Below are positions 46,343-49,331 of a stretch of DNA of 49,331 bases, in pieces (position 1 is the first letter of the stretch; each line of letters begins with the position of its first letter). This DNA is from Rhodospirillales bacterium. Lineage in GTDB: Bacteria; Pseudomonadota; Alphaproteobacteria; Acetobacterales; Acetobacteraceae. A model generated the notes under the pieces. It was given only the letters and a program-made list of their open reading frames with translations. It was not told where the DNA came from and did no database searches. A program made the translations under genes and the position numbers. The stretch spans positions 1 to 49,331 of the forward strand of contig JANPPS010000270.1 in assembly GCA_031428635.1 (NCBI GenBank). The letters run 5' to 3'.

Positions 46343-47554
46343 TCAGTCGCCCGGGCTGGCCTGCAATGCAGGAGCGCGCAGGCGCAGCCGCCCGCTGAAC
46401 AGCAGCACGGCCGCCGCCAGCAGCACCGGCGGAAACACGACCCAATTCACCGCCGCCCATCCCCACACCTGCAGCAACTGCCCGGACGAAAACGAGCCCA
46501 CGGCCATCGTGCCGAACACCAGGAAGTCGTTGAACGACTGCACACGCGTCCGTTCCTCCGGCCGATGGCATTGCAGCACCATGGCCGACGCGCCGACGAA
46601 GCCGAAGTTCCAGCCGAGCCCAAGCAGGATCAGGCCCAGCATGAAGTGGGGCACCGTGATGCCCGACAGCCCCGTTACCGCCGCCGCCGTCAGCAGCAGT
46701 AATCCCGCCGTCACGACCCGTGGCGCGCCGAACCGAGTGATCAACGCGCCGGTAAAAAAGCTCGGCCCATACATCGCCATCACGTGCCATTGCAGCGCCG
46801 TGTTGGACGACGCGATCGGCAGCCCGCATAGCTTCATCGCCAGCGGCGCTGACGTCATAACCAGGTTCATGAGCGAGTAGCTGACCACGCCGCAGAGTGC
46901 CGCCACGATAAACGACCGCTGACGCACGATGTCGCCCAACGGCCGGCCCCGCGCCTCATTCGCCACCGGACGCGGCACGCGGACGCCTGACAGCACCACC
47001 ATGGCCAAGACAGCAACGCAGGCCTGCGCCAGGTAGCTGGCCGCGAACATCCGCCCGGGCGTGAGGTCCATGGTGTAGGTCACCAGCTGCGGCCCGATCA
47101 CGCCCGCGAATACGCCGCCCGCCATAACCCAGCTGAGTGCCCGGGGCCGCACCGCCGCGTCCACCCCGTCGGCAGCGGCGAAGCGGAAGCTTTGAACCAC
47201 GCTGGCGTACAACCCGGCGCATAGGGTGGCGACGCAATAAAGCTCGAACGACCCGATCCAGAGCGCCACGGCGCCGATCAGTCCGGCCATGGTGCCACAC
47301 GTACCGCCAGCCATGAACGCGGCGCGCCGGCCGTAATGCCGGGCGACCGCCCCGGTCGGTAGCGTCCCCAACGCCATTCCAACCACGTACACGCTGATCG
47401 GCACCGTTGCCCACGCGGGGTTGGGTGCGAGGGTCGCGCCGATGATCGCGCCAGTGGCGAAAATGACAGCGGCGTTGGCACCCGCCAGGGCCTGGGCAAT
47501 CGCAAGACGCGTGACGTTGGAGCGGGTTGTTCTATCCATGGCGGGCGCGGGCAT
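46343..47554 (-). CDS. MFS transporter
   Basis: ~400 aa with a 12-helix hydrophobic profile. Alternative ATG at 47540. Substrate unknown. Confidence 0.7.
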   Translation of the reverse strand: MPAPAMDRTTRSNVTRLAIAQALAGANAAVIFATGAIIGATLAPNPAWATVPISVYVVGMALGTLPTGAVARHYGRRAAFMAGGTCGTMAGLIGAVALWIGSFELYCVATLCAGLYASVVQSFRFAAADGVDAAVRPRALSWVMAGGVFAGVIGPQLVTYTMDLTPGRMFAASYLAQACVAVLAMVVLSGVRVPRPVANEARGRPLGDIVRQRSFIVAALCGVVSYSLMNLVMTSAPLAMKLCGLPIASSNTALQWHVMAMYGPSFFTGALITRFGAPRVVTAGLLLLTAAAVTGLSGITVPHFMLGLILLGLGWNFGFVGASAMVLQCHRPEERTRVQSFNDFLVFGTMAVGSFSSGQLLQVWGWAAVNWVVFPPVLLAAAVLLFSGRLRLRAPALQASPGD

Positions 47555-47682
47555 AGGATTGATCTACCCGCAACGCCGCGAATGGCAAAGGCATGTTGTT
47601 ACAAGGGCCGATAGCCGCCCACGCTTCCCGTGCCGCCCCGCTTGTGTCAGACCGTGGCCGCACGCCGACCAGGAGCAGTTTA

Positions 47683-48192
47683 TTGAACCATCGCCACGTC
47701 GCCCTCGCCGCCTTCGCTGCCCTCGCTCTTCAGGGGTGCGCCGCGCAGCCCGCCGCGCCGACGTTCGCGCAGGACGAGCTGCTGGACGGCCAGGCCAAGA
47801 CCTGCACCGCGTCCACCCCGGACCTGAAGGCGAGCCCCGCGGCCACGATCGCCATGACCAATGACGGCTGGTGCGGCGTTTACGTCACCGACGCGAGCAA
47901 CAAGCCATTCGCGCTTGCACTGATCGGCACGCGCCCGGAGCACGGCCGGGTGTACACGCAAAAAGTGAATAGCCGCACGCGCGTCGAATACACACCCTTT
48001 GCCGGCTACACGGGCGCCGACGCCTTCACACTCATGCTGCGTCCCGCCGGCGGTGGTGCCGAACAACCGCTTCAGGTCGCCGTGACCGTCACCGCGGGTG
48101 CTGCCCCGGCCGTGGCTGAAGAGGCACCGACGCCGGCCAAGAAAACCACGACCCGCGCCACTACCACGCGCCGGGCCAAGCCGACCCGCTAA
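47683..48192 (+). CDS. Lipoprotein with Ig-like domain, unknown function
   Basis: Lipobox ALALQGC. An in-frame TTG at 47683 is preceded by AGGAG at 47671-47675, which gives a normal-length signal peptide. The track start at 47593 would give 48 residues before the Cys. VEYTPFAGYTGADAFTLML resembles bacterial Ig/cadherin-like repeats. The C-terminus is a basic Thr/Arg-rich tail. Confidence 0.55.
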   Translation: MNHRHVALAAFAALALQGCAAQPAAPTFAQDELLDGQAKTCTASTPDLKASPAATIAMTNDGWCGVYVTDASNKPFALALIGTRPEHGRVYTQKVNSRTRVEYTPFAGYTGADAFTLMLRPAGGGAEQPLQVAVTVTAGAAPAVAEEAPTPAKKTTTRATTTRRAKPTR

Positions 48193-48197
48193 GCCCG

Positions 48198-48785
48198 TTA
48201 CTCCACCGGCGTGAATCCGTCCGGGCCTAGCCGGGACAGCACGCCGGTGTGAATGCCAAATCGCATTCCGGTCACCTGCAACGTCCCGGCTGCCTCTGCC
48301 GACGCGATCCACGGGAACGTGCGCAGGTTTGCGAGCGAAAGACGCACGACCGCAGCCTCTGCCTCATTGTCTGTCATACCCGGCGTAAGGGCGTCCCGGG
48401 CGATCGCCATCCAGGGTACGACGAAATCTTGCGCAACGTCGGGCGCGCCGTGCAACATGGCGTGAATGCCACCACACTGCGCGTGGCCCATCACCACCAG
48501 CCGCTGCACGCCCAGCACGCGCACGCCGAATTCCAGCGCCGCGCTGGTGCCGTGATCGCGGCCATCGGGTTGCCAGGGTGGAACCAGGGCGGCGACGTTG
48601 CGGACTACAAACAGCTCGCCCGGCCCGGCGTCGAACACAGTGGCCGGGTCGACGCGGCTATCACTGCACGCCACCACCAGCGTGTGCGGTCGCTGCCCGG
48701 CCTCGGCCAGCGCCTGATACCGTGCACGCTGGGTGGGCCAGGTCTCCGTGCGGAACCGGCGATATCCTGCGATCAGACGATCCAT
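48198..48785 (-). CDS. Beta-class carbonic anhydrase
   Basis: VVACSDSRVDP and VVMGHAQCGG zinc-ligand motifs. 195 aa. Confidence 0.85.
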   Translation of the reverse strand: MDRLIAGYRRFRTETWPTQRARYQALAEAGQRPHTLVVACSDSRVDPATVFDAGPGELFVVRNVAALVPPWQPDGRDHGTSAALEFGVRVLGVQRLVVMGHAQCGGIHAMLHGAPDVAQDFVVPWMAIARDALTPGMTDNEAEAAVVRLSLANLRTFPWIASAEAAGTLQVTGMRFGIHTGVLSRLGPDGFTPVE

Positions 48786-49331
48786 TATTCCGCCGGGGCC
48801 GGGGCCGGGGCAGCCGGCGGGCGCGGCCGGGCCGATGCCGGGTTCGGCGTTGCGTCGCGTGGCGTCAGCAACCGTCCGAACAGCCGGCCCGTCCGGCGCT
48901 GCACGTCGTCCATCACGGTGAAAAAGCTCGGTACGAAAACAAGCGACAGCAGCGTACTGACAATTAGCCCGCCGATCACGCCGATGGCCATGGGCGCCCG
49001 GAACTCACCACCCTCACCCACGCCCAGGGCACTGGGTATCATCCCCGCCACCATCGCGATCGTGGTCATGACGATCGGCCTCGCCCGTGTGCGCCCGGCG
49101 TCGATCACGGCCGCACTACGCTCCATACCGGCCGCCCGGCGTTCGATCGCAAAATCCACCAACATGATCGCATTTTTAGTTACAATACCCATCAGCATCA
49201 AGATGCCGATCACCACCGGCATGCTGATCGGCTGTCCCGTCACCAGCAATGCCAGGATCACCCCGCCAAGGCACAGCGGCAGGCTCAACAGGATGGTGAC
49301 CGGCTGGAACACGCTGCCGAACAGCAGCACC
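48785..49331 (-). CDS. RND (AcrB-type) efflux transporter, C-terminal part (N-terminus outside window)
   Basis: ORF open to the window edge. Contains the last TM bundle with GILMLMGIVTKNAIMLVDF and VFVPSFFTVMDD, typical of HAE1 RND permeases. Pro/Ala-rich tail. Confidence 0.8.
   Translation of the reverse strand, partial: VLLFGSVFQPVTILLSLPLCLGGVILALLVTGQPISMPVVIGILMLMGIVTKNAIMLVDFAIERRAAGMERSAAVIDAGRTRARPIVMTTIAMVAGMIPSALGVGEGGEFRAPMAIGVIGGLIVSTLLSLVFVPSFFTVMDDVQRRTGRLFGRLLTPRDATPNPASARPRPPAAPAPAPAE

Noticed and set aside
46321-46345. Sequence AAGTCCGGTTCAGTCGCCCGGGC resembling the 3' end of tRNA-Leu (CCGGTTCGAGTCCGGCGGCGGGC), considered as a possible att-site duplicate marking an integrated element.
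   Set aside because: The similarity is short and imperfect. Only ~220 bp separate it from the tRNA, with no integrase or cargo, and it lies at the 3' end of the MFS gene.
1-49331. Search for CRISPR arrays, rRNA genes, integrases, toxin-antitoxin pairs, restriction-modification or other defence-type gene pairs.
   Set aside because: No direct-repeat/spacer architecture, no rRNA-like sequence, and no nuclease/ATPase/integrase signatures were seen in any frame. The only methyltransferase has small-molecule/polysaccharide-type motifs, not DNA-methyltransferase motifs.

Overview
High-GC chromosomal segment (roughly two-thirds G+C by eye) with alphaproteobacterial, Rhodospirillales/Acetobacteraceae-like gene content. 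Genes are tightly packed, with many ATGA/GTGA/TAATG stop-start overlaps. About 40 protein genes and 2 tRNAs are supportable. They include partial ppdK, maoC-ribF-M16 peptidase, ileS-lspA-DUF3035-GNAT, SemiSWEET/DUF952 divergent from lpxB, tRNA-Trp-secE-nusG, a TonB-like protein, LysM-psd-pssA, a protease-PBP pair, and a beta-carbonic anhydrase coupled to an RND pump. The dominant feature is a 16.3-kb, seven-gene, translationally coupled trehalose/alpha-glucan operon (glgE, treS-pep2, glgB, treZ, malQ, treY, otsA). There are three candidates for undescribed biology. (i) lpxB is translationally coupled to a zinc-ribbon SAM-methyltransferase fused to a ~450-aa Ala-rich internally duplicated domain, followed by an RgpF-like protein. 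(ii) GlgE carries an unassigned ~360-aa N-terminal extension. (iii) A ~1.8-kb low-GC islet between otsA and a PBP gene carries a PEP-CTERM protein and a DDE-transposase relic. I saw no CRISPR array, rRNA, intact mobile element or recognisable defence system. All functional calls come from motif recognition by eye on the supplied translations and need database confirmation.
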